Of a stretch of 64,000 nucleotides of DNA, positions 36,742-49,199 are shown piece after piece. The notes under the pieces are model-generated. The model saw nothing but the letters and a program-made list of their open reading frames with translations, was not told the origin of the DNA and did not search any database. The position numbers and the translations under genes are program-made. Each line of letters begins with the position of its first letter. The first letter of the stretch is position 1. The DNA is from Prorocentrum cordatum (taxonomy: Eukaryota): positions 124,001 to 188,000 of the forward strand of contig CAUYUJ010000336.1 in the NCBI GenBank assembly GCA_963575745.1, given 5' to 3'.

Positions 36742-39700
36742 GCCTCCAGAGGAAACTCCGTGGCCATGCGGGGCCGTCTTGGAGCGTTCGCGGGGCCTCT
36801 TGGAACAATTTGAAAGCCATTTTTTACATTCTGACTATCTTAAGCTATCCTGAAGGTCATCTCGGGCTCCACTGAGGTCTTATTGCCACCGTCGTGGGCG
36901 AGGCTGACAAGTACCTTCTGACACCTCGCGGGGCGCCCCCGTCCAGATCCAGGGGAGGAGGTAGTGGGAAGGGCACGCCCCTCCCCGACGTGGAAAAAGA
37001 GGGTTGGAAGGGACAACTTTTTAGACCGCCCGCCACCTTCGCCCGGAGGCCTGATTGGATTACGCATTTGCCTTCGCACCGCACATGTTTGTTTTATTCG
37101 TGCGCAGCCGCTCTAAAAATTGAGGGCGGCTTCTTGTGAAAGCGGGGTTTGTTCGCCTGAGGCTGCCTCAGGGCGCATGGCCAAGCGCGTAATTCTTACA
37201 GCAGCTGCACCATGAAGTCCCTCTTGTTCTGGTGAGAAACGATTGAATGTAGACTTTTCTAAATGCCATATTCGCCGCTCGAAAGATGCAGGGCTGTTCT
37301 TTTACACATCGGAACTCCCGCCTAAATGATCGCCCGGGCGGGCGCAAGTGTTCCAACATGTGTTTCTAGTGAAGAGGAAGAAGTGGCATCATTGATGCAT
37401 CCTGGGTTCTTCCTGGCCTTCCTCCCTCTTCTCCCGCCCCGCTCCATTATCCTTTTCCTCTCCTTGCTCGTCCCGCCCTTTTTTTCGATATCCGTATTGT
37501 CTTGTCGTCGTATCTAAAGTGCTTCGCCCTCTGCCACCGGCCATCCTCATATTGCTTGCGCGGCCGCGTTCTAGGCCTCCTAGATGGGGTCCGAGTAGGT
37601 GGGGTCGGTGGAATGCCCCGCATCGCCGATGCATCGCCGATGCGCTGGCGACGCGCTCGCCGCATTGAGGCGCATGGGCGATGCATCAGCAATGCATCAT
37701 CGATACATGCTCGATGCGCCGAATGCAAGAGTGCCCTGCGTGGAACGATGCCCGTTCTATGGGATGGCCGGCCATTCGCATTATCACGAGCCTGCGCCAT
37801 TCGTTCCGTTTTCGCTTGCGCCCCATTTCTCTTTGTTGTCTTGAGTTCCCAGTCCTTCACTGTTCGCGCACTGGTATTGTGACGTGGTTTTTGTTTCCCA
37901 CTGTCCACAAACGATCGGGGCCATTCCTCTGTTGCTGGGCTTCGCTGTCTCGTGATCAATAGATTGCTTCCCCGACGTTTGTGCCCCCCTCCCCCTCTTC
38001 CCCCTGTTCCGCCGATGATTTTGCAGAACTACAGACAAGGCTTGTTGGCGTTGCCTCTTCCGGTTTCCTGCTGATGCGTCCTCATTCTCGCCTTCCTTCT
38101 CGACCTTCGACCCGTCTCGACGTGCCATCAGTGAATGCATCAACATATCGATCCCCTTGCTTCCGACGAGGCAGCCACCTGTAGAGCGACGGCCTAGAAC
38201 GCTCTGCCTTGTCTGATTCGCGACACCAATTTCGCGGGCCCGCGTTCGTGTTGCGAGGGCGATCGTTGCCGCGCGAGCGAGATTGCATGTATTTTACGAA
38301 GGGCCGTGGCTCTGGGGGGAGATGGCTCAAGTTGTAGCACCGCGCATCAGCAAGGGCCTATAACGTCATCGTGGTGCCTATGCTCTGGCTGCGAGGATTC
38401 AGGAGATTGCGTTAGTGGCTCTCGCACTGGGGGCGCGGTTTCACGCGCAATTTTAGAATTGGGGCTTCGTGTGGGGATGAGAAGTTTCAGATCAGCGCTG
38501 TGGATCGCGGCCCTCGGAAAAGGGCTATCATATTACCCGGCGCAGAGTCGACATCGGGGCAGCGCATTCGCGAAACAGTAGTGCGGCAGCTCGCATGGGG
38601 CCCCCTGAAGCGGGGTGGCGGATAATACTGTTCTCCCCGCTCCAGTTTGCAATTCGGCGGCGCGCGAATGGGAGCGGCGCGAAGGGGGGCCCTCCCAGGA
38701 AACATGGGGTTGTGGAAGCCACCTTGCCTTCAACGCGTATTCTAGGTCGCTTGCGATCCCTTCAAAGAAGACCGCTGCTTTTAGAATGCCGCCCCCTGTG
38801 CCCCACGCCTTCTCGTGCGCAGCCGATGAACGTTGCGGGCCGTCTGGCTCGAGAGGCCTGCCGTCGAATCTGCCACGGCATCAAGGCTCGTGGGCCCGAC
38901 GCTCGGTGGTCCGTGGCCTTGTGGCCGAGGCCCGTGCTGTGCGGTCCGTGGCCCCGTGGCTCTTCGTAGCTGTTCGGGGTATCTGGGCACGGCCCTTGTC
39001 CCCGTGGCTTCTCGCGGCTGTGCCAGGCCCAACGAAGTCAGATCCCCCTTGCACTGCGCGGCAGGCGCATCGAGTTCCGCACTTGCTCCAGCGCCAACAC
39101 CTTCTTTGAGTTCTGACAAGGCTGTAACTATCTACGAGGCAAAGAAAAAGTTGGAGGTCGAGAGGGCCAAATTTATGATATCCGTCTATATGTTTGTTTT
39201 CACATTGGGTGATCCAGAGATGAAGCGGGTTGCTCTCATGATGGGCATGGCTGCCACACCGTTGGCCGAGGCGCACAACACTTGCACGAAAGAGCTGGCA
39301 ACCCAGATGGGGGCTGTACATTATCACGCACGGATGGTAAGCAGGGCATTTCTGACAGAGTACTTGCAGGATGTCGTACAGCTTTTAGGTGACACGCGGA
39401 AGTTGGAGCTACTTGGAATCAGTATGTGCCTTTCCCCGGCCGGCCTCGCTCCGATGTCTATCAAGCAGGAGCAGCTTTTGTGTGACACAATGATCGGGCT
39501 GATTCGGGGAGTGTTCACGCTCGAGTGGGTGCACATGCAGAGCTACGCGCAGCGCCCGCCACTCCTTTTTTGCTGGCTTGTGCAGCTGCGATGGTACGGC
39601 AAGGAGGCATGCTTGACCCATTTCTACGACATTTTTGCCGCCCTGGAAGAGGCCGAACTGTATGCCGCGGGCCTGGAGCCGACCGCGCCAAAAAGCTCGC

Positions 39701-42700
39701 GCGCGAGTTCTTAGGTAATCTCCTCTGGCCACGCTCTACGTGGGTCCGGGAGGTATTAGTGGCGCCTGACGAGTGCGAGTTCAAGAGGGTGCCCGAAAAC
39801 ATACGCAATGACATTGAGCTAGTTTTCAAATCGCATGGGACGTCCAGGGTCGTGGAACTGGCGTTCAATGACTTGACGCTTCCTTCCAAGGGGGGTGCGG
39901 GAACGTGTCGTAGATCGCGGTGGTCTCACTGTCTATTGGGGCTCGCTCTGTCTTATTGTTTGTCTATTGGGGTGATTCCTGGCGCCGGACGGGCGCCCTT
40001 CATCGAGGGGGGTTCGATCGTGTTCACTTGGCGATGCCGCCCCAGCCCCCGTCTTCAGCAACCCGCTTTAGTTGTTCGCTGTTGAGTGATGTCCCACAGC
40101 TTCGCGTAACCCACCAGCCCATCAAGAAGCGATGCCGACGCGAGCTGCCCTAAGCAGAGATGTGGAGGAGCATGCAAAGGAATGGGAGGCTGGGGAGGAC
40201 GCCCCACCCCAAGAATGGGGAGTATGGAGGTGGATTCGGAGGAGCAAGAAGAGGGGGAGGAGGACGAGGAGGAGGTGGATGAGGAGGAGGAGGACGAGGA
40301 GCATTGGGAAAAGCAGGGGGAGGAGGGAGAAGGAGGAGGAGGAGGAGGAGGAAAAGGAGGAGGAGGAGGAGGACGATGAATGACAGGATCATGAGGAGGC
40401 GGATGATGACGATGACGATGATGACGATGATGACGATGATGATGACGATGGTGATGATGATGATGATGATGATGCTGATGGTGATGATGATGGTGGTGAT
40501 GGTGATGTTGATGGTGCTGATGATGGTGATGATGATGATGGCGATGGTGATGATGATGATTATGATGGTGGTGATGCTGATGTTGATGCTGATAATAATA
40601 ACAATAATGATAATGATGTTACCCATGGTGGTGATGATGATGGCGATGATGATGATGATTATGATGGTGTTGATGATGCTGATGGTGATGATGATCAGCA
40701 TCACCATGATGATGCTGATGATGAGGAGGGGGGTAGGGGGAGGAGGAGAGGGAAAACGAGGGCGATGAGGGGGCTGCCGACATGTATCAGGGGTCTCTTG
40801 GCATAGCCCCTGTGGCCTTTTGGGGCGTATTGAGTGCCGTTGAGGGGTTTTGCGGGAGTCTTTCAGGAGCCTCGGGAACGCCGGGGAGGTTTTTTCGGGG
40901 CCACCTGGGGCTTCCTGTTGGGACACTCTTGGGTGCCTCGGGGGCCGTCTTGGGGCTATTGAGCGGTCAAGCGAGAGGGCGTAGCGCACTAGGGCCCCCC
41001 CCGCAGGAGGCCAGCCTGTGACCCATGCTTTAATCAAATCAGCGGTGTCATCGGGGCTGTTATGGGGGTTTCTGGGGGCGCCTTGGGCATTTGGGGGGCA
41101 TCTTGCTGGCCTTCTTGGGGCCTCCTGGGCGGCCGCCTTGGGGCGCCCTCGGGGGCAATCTTTAGATCATCTTAGAGGCGATCGATCAAAGGAGGGGCGG
41201 TTCTTGATGAGCCCCCCCCCGCAGGAGGCCAACGCGTGGCCAAACCCGTGTGTAAACTCAATGTGTTTGGCCTTCTCGCCGAGGCTTCCTGGGATGTTAG
41301 TCTTGAGTACCCCTCGGGGGGCCTCTTTGGGCGTTTCGGGTGTCTCCGGGGGGCCTTTGAGGGGCACCTTGGGGCCCTTGTGGGGCTTCTTGGGCACCTC
41401 TTGAGGCCGCCTCGGGGTTCCTTAGGCGATTCGGAGGCCATCTTCGGCCATCGTGAAGGAGGTCGATCAACGGGGGGGGCCCTAGATAGGCCAGCGTGCT
41501 GCCAAAACCATAGTAACATCAGTAATGGCGGCCTTTTTCGCCGAGGTCGTTTCGGACGCTCCGACGACCCCGCCGCCCCACCCACCCCCGCCCCTCCAGA
41601 TTCAGGAGCGAGGGGGGGGGGGTAAGGGAGGGGTAAATCCTTCCCGAAAGGAAAGGGGGGGCTGGACGAGAAAACTCGCTAAACCAGACACGCCGTCAGG
41701 GGCTGGCGAGGTTCCCCAGGTCGTCGCATTCGCTGGAGCTCGTCTCGTTCGCAGATGTTCGATGTCATGTTCTGGGGGCTGGCGCGGGGGGTTCTCTTGT
41801 TTTGGGCCGCCGACAGATCAAACGACGGCTCCAGTTCTGTCCACGACGACTAGGACCGAAAACCCATCAACAAAGCCGAGCTTGTCTCTGCGAGTGCGAA
41901 ATCTGGGCCCCGCATCAATAACGAGTTGTTCGACGCGAAGAAGCATGCGTTCTCTTTGGGCGAGTCGGTACTTGAGGATATCCAGAAGAGCAAGGAGACA
42001 TTGGGGGCGACTGCTTATGCGAATCCAGGCATGGAACAGGTGTGGTGGCAATCTTTCCAATCACCAGCACCTTTGTGTTAACTCGCCCCAGCGAGGAGTT
42101 TGGGGCACGTTGCTGCCGTTCGCCTGCCGCGAGCTGGCGCGCAATGGGCCCCCGGGCAGACTGTGGCCCGAGCTTTCTTTTGCCGCGGTCGGGAATCGAA
42201 GGGGGCCTGCCGGGGGTCCCGCCGCGCAGCGGTCTGGGAGTAATCCAGTTAATCCGAGGGCGGGGCATCAGGGGCGGAGTTGGGGGCGGGGTGTGAGGCG
42301 CGTCAAATTCTGCGTTCCTGTGAGGTTGTTTGCTCTCCCACCAGCGCAATTTCGCTTCGGTTCCAAACCATTTCTTGTCGCTGTTGTGCGTTCCAGGGAC
42401 GGTGATATGGCACGCGGATGCACGGCCAATTCCAGAGAACTGGTGGTACGTTATGGGAGCTATTGTAATGGGCGCCGTGGTAGTCCGAATCCGCGACGCA
42501 GGCCGCACATCATAGACATACATCCGAATGGCTCACTTGCACGGGCCAGACCTGGTCGCGAAACAACTTTGCATCAAAAGTTCAAAAGCCTGACTGGAAG
42601 GACAAGGCATTATAGGCTCCCGCTACGGACCAACGAGGAGGAGTTTGTTACAGACCGCTGCGCGCGAGGGATTCCCAAACTGGACTAAGGAGCTGGGGCT

Positions 42701-43619
42701 GTGATTTGTGTGCATCCACCGCCGAAGGGCCCGATGTTTCAAAGCTTCGGCAGACGCTGGGCATGGATGTTTCCGGGCCCTTGGGGCCTCACGCATATCC
42801 TTATCGGCAGCCTTCTTGTGCCTTGGGACGCCGACCCCAGGCGGCGGACGCGCAATAATCCGCGCCCCGTGAAGGAGCAGTGCGATTTGCTATTCGGTTT
42901 TTTGGCGAATGTTTGGAGCCCACTGGCCATCCCTGGTATGCGACATTCTCTGTGCTTTGATCAAACACTCCTTGCCGTCGTGGGACGACGCCGCTGTCTA
43001 GGCGATCGTGAAAAAGCGGGGCGGGGGCAAAACGCTGCATTTTGCTTAGACGCTGGATACGTAGACGCACTGTTCAAAGGGCGGCGAACATCAAACACCA
43101 AAAGGCAACCAAGAACTTAGACGCGCCTAAAACAAAGGCGAAGGCGAAGGCTTTGGCTCGGAAGTTTTTGCGCATCAAGCCGGACGTCGAGTATTCAGGG
43201 GCTGGTGCCTGGACGCTTCATGTCAATGTCGATCGCCGTTCCTATTTCCGTTTTGTCGCCCGCCATTTGGAACGCATGGGTTACATGCGTTGCGGTTCGG
43301 AGCCTGTGTTCGGACGTGCTTGCAGGTCCCTGGAAAAAGGGGGGGCCAGCGGATACGAGTGAGCAGCGGAGCGCTTATCTTCCAAAGGTCCCTGGGTGCT
43401 TAATATCAGTCGAACGCGAGTGGGACCACCGGGTCAAAGTGCAATACCCTACGGACGAGCTTCCGTGTAGCGCTTTGAAGAGTGTATCGGGCACGTTTAC
43501 GTTTTTGCACGCCGTGAGATTATGTTTGCAGTGGGCGTGGAGCAAGCACCACCTGCCATGCCCTTGGGTGCTGGATGATTGACGTTTGCGTCAATTCGAC
43601 TTTGCGCGGGTAGGGGCGC
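31601..43619 (+). repeat. Segmental tandem duplication, copy 2 (~12.0 kb)
   Basis: Colinear with 19196-31599, with scattered substitutions and indels. Confidence 0.97.
38450..43582 (+). pseudogene. Decayed transposase-like gene, copy 2
   Basis: Paralog of 26090-31562 with an extra frameshift near 39670. Ends REWDHRVKVQYP...HAVRLCLQWAWSKHHLPCPWVLDD*. Confidence 0.6.
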
Positions 43620-44569
43620 GCCTGCGCTCGGGGTGTATTCGGCATCCTGTCGCGCTGGGGGCGCGGCGCGCGTGGGTGCGCATGCATGTTTGCGAATGTG
43701 TGTTCCTTTTATTTCAGCGCCGTTGTTGCCGCGGCGGGGCCGATTGCGAGCTCGTCATCGTTGCTCCGAAGTGCGTCGGGGGAGGCCCGCCCGATGCAAC
43801 TTGATGCAAACGCATCGTTCCTAGTTGTCGACGCGCGCTGGATCGCGCTCGCAGGGTTTGTTTTGCGATCTACGCACGCACTCTTCCCTGAGTTTCTCAT
43901 TCCCGCCCCCCGCGTTGATGGTTTTCTCCGCCTCTGCCTCCCCCGTGCCCCCCCCTGTGCCTCTCCATCTTCTTCGGTGTTGTTTTCGTCGCCCCCCCTC
44001 CCTTCCGCCTTCCTCGCTCTCGCACCCTCTTGCCCTCCCATTCGCTCCCCCGCCCTTCCGAATCCATCCCGCGAAGTTTGCCGGATCTCGTCGAGCCGTC
44101 GGGCGGGCTGCCAGGGAGAAGCCCGCCACTTGCCCCGCGCCCTCCCCGCGCCTCGAATTCCCAAAGGGCGCAAACAATGTTCGGGGGGCATTCTCTGAGG
44201 GCCTTCGGCCGCCGCCGCCAGCCCCGTCGACACATGTCTTGCCCGGGCCCCTCTTCCGTTATCATCCGTATCCTTTTTGCTCTTGTCTCGCTTCTCGTCG
44301 TCCTGTTCGGTGTTCCTGGGGATTATTAGGGCGGCCTGTGACACGCGCGGGCCACCCTTGTGGACCGTACCGAGGCGCCTTTGGGCGTGATTGGCTGTTG
44401 TGGTTCCGTGACTTTGATGCTCAATTACTTCGAGGTTGGTTCGGTGCCGTTGTGGGGCCGCGCAAGGTACCGGGATATTTTGATACCTTGAAGTGGGCCC
44501 GCAGTTCGTTTGCAGCACTGTTAGGCTTCTTGTGGCCGCCGCAGCCATCCCAATGGATAACGTATTGCG

Positions 44570-44840
44570 GCGTGTATGTTTGTTTGTATGTATGTATGCG
44601 TACATGTGTGCATGTATGCACGTAACTGTGTGCGTGCATGTTTGCATGTCTGTCTGTATGCCTGTCTGTTTGTCTGCCAGCTGGTCTGTCTGTATGTATG
44701 TTTGTATGAATACGGGTTCATGCACTTATGTATGTTGCATGCATGCATGCATGTATGTATGTACGTATGTATGTATGTATGTGTGTATGTATGTACGTAT
44801 ACACACGTATAGTTACACGGTGCATATACATATACGAATA
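44570..44840. repeat. (TATG/TGCA/TCTG)n tetramer satellite inside the transposon
   Basis: Direct reading. Confidence 0.85.
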
Positions 44841-46825
44841 TCTGCACATGAGGGTGAGGCTTCTACATTGCAGCATCGCGGCGGAGGGGTCGAACGCGCG
44901 TCGCGCACAATGAAAGATCCCAGCCTTCGGTGCGAGGGCCGATCGGCATTTTACGCAGGATTGTTGCCCTGGGAGCTATGGCCCGGCGTCTCGGGCAATG
45001 GTGGCCGCAGTCGGCCCGTGGCGCCCCGCAGAGCAGCTGCGGGAACAACGTGTCGAGATACGGCCTGTGCGCAAAGCATTCGGGCTGCAGGATCAAGGAG
45101 GCACGCTTTTCAGCTCATGGTTGACACGAGCCTTGCATCGAGGCAGGCGCGCGTGCGCCTCAAGGACAGGCGCTGCACCAAAGCAGGCTGGCGTGGAGGA
45201 TTTAGCCATGGCATCGGCATACTTGGTCGTCTGCGGGCGAACGATCTGGCCTACCACTTGGTCCGCGCATTGCCAATGTATCGATGATGCATCGTTGATG
45301 CATCGCCCATGCGCCGCAATGCGCTGAGCGCAGCGCTGGCGCATCGACGATGTATCGGCGATACGAGGCATTCCACCGGCCCCATCTACTCCGACCCCAT
45401 CTAGGAGGCCTCTACACGCTTGGTTGGCAGATTGGCTGGTTTCTTGACGGTTAGCTGGCTGGCAGTTCGGCTGAGTTGCTCGTTGCCTAAACTGACATTT
45501 GGTAATTGGTTCGGGCCGCTTGCTGGAGGATGTTGGCTTCGGGGGCGCGCGCCCCCAGCTATGTACAAAGACTCGTGGCCTCGAGCCCCGAACCGAGTTT
45601 TCAGGAAACAGCGGGGAAAGCGACAAGCGCACCCAAACGCGATTTCTCTGCTCTGGACTGGGGTTGGCGCGTTCAGGCTGCCTCCGTGGGGTGGGCCCGT
45701 TGCCTCGGAAGCGCCAGCGCGTAGCAAGTTACAAGGAATCGTCGCTTCAACAGTGGAAGTCGACAATAGAACATCACTAACTGTATGTTGGGAGCCTGAC
45801 CCATACGATTGTCGGTACACAGTGTTTACAATGTATTATCTTCTCTTCCCTGCCTCCTCCTCCCCCCATCTCCTCTTGTTGCCGATGCTGCTGCCAGTCC
45901 TCCTCCTGCTCCTTCTCCTCCTCCTCCTCCTCCTCTCCCTCCTCCTCCTCTTCCTCCTCCTCTTCATCCTCCCCCTCCTCCTCCTCTTCCTCCTCCTTCA
46001 TCTCCTCCTCCATCCCCTCATCCCCCTCCGCCTGCCCCTCCCCTCCACCTCCACATCCCTCCCTCCCCCACCCCTCTGCATCTCCCTCAGGCTGCCTCCG
46101 CCGCTCCCCTTCTCGCTCCCAGGCGCAGGCGGCTCCTGCGCGCCGCACCGCAAGCCGCTGGCGCCGCCGCCCGCGGCATGAAGAAGCTGGCTCGGGAGGA
46201 GAGCGGCGACGGGAGCGGAGGGGGGCGGGAGGCTGAGGGAGCAAAAGCGGGAGGAGGGGTGGGCAGAACGAGGTTGACGGCGGTGAGGAGGAGGCGGAGG
46301 AGGAGGAGGAGGAGGTGCAGGAGGAGGAGGAGGAGGGGCGGCAGAAGGAGCGTCGACAGGAGGAGGGTTTGGAGGAGGTTCAAGACGAGGGGCAGCTGCG
46401 CCTCGCAGGCGCGCAGCATGGAACCCGCTGACAAGGGCTCCATGAAGAGGACTGATTGCCGCCAGAAGGGCGCTAGCCCTACGGCCCCGAATGACCGCGA
46501 GGTGGTCTCGACGCGCCGGCGCACATGCAACTGCGACGCCAGGGCGCGTGCCGAGCCGCCCTCGGGCGCCGAGCAGGACGACCGCGAGACCGAGCCCGAC
46601 CACCCGAAGTCCCACGGCCCCGGCAGCAGGCACGGCGCGCAGTGTGGCCGCCAGCCAGACGGTCCCCTGCCGCCTCCGCCGGAGCGGCAGGGCGGCCCAC
46701 GTGGGCCGCCCGCGGGCGCCGCTCACGCTGATGCGGTGCGGTGCACCGCGCCGCGCCAGGCTGCCAAGGTTCCGTGCATTTGCGCGCCAGGGCGAGGGCG
46801 CGTTCTCTCTTTCTCTCTCTCTCTC

Positions 46826-46872
<47 letters not shown>

Positions 46873-47959
46873 ATATACACCGCACTCACATCTATACCCC
46901 TGTGTGGGTGTATGTGCGGCTGTTTTTGCGCTGTCATGTGCGCGGCATGTGCCAATCATGTGCCAGGCCTGTGCGGCCCTTCTTGGATGGACTTCCTACT
47001 GTGCACGTCGTGCCCGGGCATGTGCGGGGGCATGTGCGCTGTGTTTTGGTGTATCCATCATACGCACATGCACGCACAGTCCGGCGCACATGCCTGCACA
47101 TGCGGGAGGTATTCGAGAATCGCAGATCTGTCATCGGCACATGCACGCACATGCCTGTGCAACCTGTCTTCGGGAGGCCGCGCGGGCCCGCACATGCACG
47201 CACAAGCGGTGAGGCGCGCGGGCGCATGCGTGCACATCCCAATGCACATGCACGCTCATGCCCTAGGAGCTGTCTGGGACCCCTGTGCCTCCAATGCCTC
47301 CTGGCCTTCGCAGAGCTAACCTGGGGCGTGCCAGGGCTTCCTGAAAGAATTTGTTGTGCGTTTAGACTCGCCCGCTGCTGGCGGGGGTGGTTCTTCGCCC
47401 GGTTCGTGAGCTGGCGGTGGGGTGCCCTCCTAGTAAAATACTCTCCCGCGCGCCTTCTCAGCTCGGCCGGAGAAGCAGGGGTGGGGTGGGGGAGGTGGAG
47501 GGGGAGGGGGAAGGAGGGGGGGGCGGAGGAGGCGGGCGCCCCCGGCTCGGCCGGTCCGCCCGCCTGTTCGGTTCGGCCGGCGGAGGAGGAGGAGGAGGAG
47601 GAGGAGGAGGAGGAGGAGGAGGAGGAGGAGGAGGAGGAGGAGGAGGAGGAGGAGGAGGAGGAGGTGAGAGTTGTGAGGATGTCTCAGGCGAAAGTGGCTT
47701 GACGGCCCGAGCTCAGGGAATCTCGGAATCGCTGGCCTGGCTCGGCCACTGGCGAGCTCGGCCTGTGCGAATACTGTGCGTACCTGTGCGGGGCACGTGC
47801 GGGACGTGCGAGAATGCCGGGGCCGACGTTCGTCTCCGGGCGCCGGCGCATTCGCGTCCGCGCGCAAGCCGCGCGCGGACGCAGCGTTCGCTTCATTGCG
47901 CGGCCCCGACAGACGGGGCGCCCCGCTCACGCTCCGCACAGGCGCGGCTAGTGTCTCAG

Positions 47960-48372
47960 CCTTTTCCGCCTGAGACCCTCGCAACTATGGGTTCCGAGAA
48001 GCCCTGATCAGGTGGTCAGGCCACTCCTGCCTGAGACATCCTCGCAACTTTGGGTTCCGAGACGCCCTGGGCTGAGGTGGTCAGACCACTCTCGCCAGAG
48101 ACATCCTCGCAACTCTGACGTCAGAGATCTCTTGCCCCATGGTGGTCAGGCCACTTTCGCCTAAGACATCCTCGCAACTCAGACCTCGGAGGTGTCCTGC
48201 CCCGTGGCCCATGGTGGTCTGGTCACCTCGACCAGCGACATCCTCGCCACTCTGGTTTCCAAGATGCCCTGCCCCATGGTGGTCCTGCCACGCTTGCCCG
48301 AGACATCCTCGCAACTCTGGGTTGCGAAATGCCCCGAGCTCAGGTGGTCAGGCCACTATCGCCTGCGACATC
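47960..48372. repeat. ~65-70-bp tandem repeat (ggtggtcaggccact...gagacatcctcgcaact...)
   Basis: About six diverged units, conserved along their whole length. Confidence 0.8.
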
Positions 48373-48622
48373 TCTGCGGCATGTGCGGGCATGTGCGTCT
48401 ACATGTGCGTCTATGCTTTCAGAGGTTTGCTTGGCCGTGCATTCGACTGTGCGTCCGACGGTGTGGCATGTGCGCGCATGCGCGGCAATGTTGTTGAGGC
48501 TTTTGTATATTTGCATGGGCATGTGCATGCGACTGTGCGGCATGTGCCTGCATGTGCGGCCCCTTCCGGACCGCAATTTCAAAGTGAGCACTATAGAAGT
48601 GAGCGCTATAGAAGTGAGTCCG

Positions 48623-48666
<44 letters not shown>

Positions 48667-49199
48667 CCAGGCACCCTCCTGTGCTATGTTCTCCGTTTGG
48701 CTCAGGCGCGAGCTTTTTGTTTGTGTGTGTGTATGGGTGTGCTGACGGTTCTACGTTCCACGTGGTGAGAAAAGTACTGTGTTGATGCACGGCCCTTCTC
48801 GACCCATCTGTCCATATTCTAGAAACAGTGGAGCGAGCGGAGAGGGGCGAAAGTATCGAGAGCTGATCCAGGGCTGCAGCGTGCCCCACTGCGACGGCTA
48901 CGAGCGAGTAGAGGTTTTAGACGCCTGGCACCTGGCATGTGTGGCGCGACGTTGGCACGGAGCCGTGCGGCCCTGATCGTGGAAATCTTCGCCGTCGACG
49001 CTTGCACCTGCGAGAAGGCGCGTCATTTTTGCGTGTTGCGCGCAACGCACGGAGTGCAATGACGCCGGTTACGTACGTCCCAGCCAAACTCCACGGTTTC
49101 CGCTGCGAGCACACGGAGTCTCAGCAATCAACGATCAAGCCCGCGAGCATGCACGGCGAAGCCGAGACCGCGCCGCGGCCCTGCTTGCCCAAGGGCTCG

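Larger units (their letters stand above)
37574..45410 (+). mobile_element. Structurally complete 7.8-kb class II transposon with 135-bp TIRs
   Basis: 37574-37708 aligns without gaps to the reverse complement of 45276-45410 (about 16 mismatches by manual count). tcta flanks both sides (37570-37573, 45411-45414). Encloses a transposase-like ORF. Confidence 0.88.

Noticed and set aside
19196..43619. LTR pair or simple assembly duplicate
   Set aside because: The copies abut directly and are far longer than LTRs. Copy-specific insertions and many substitutions argue against duplicated reads, though spanning reads are still needed.
47960..48372. CRISPR-like spacing of ~67-bp units
   Set aside because: Whole units are homologous, with no unique spacers and no cas genes.
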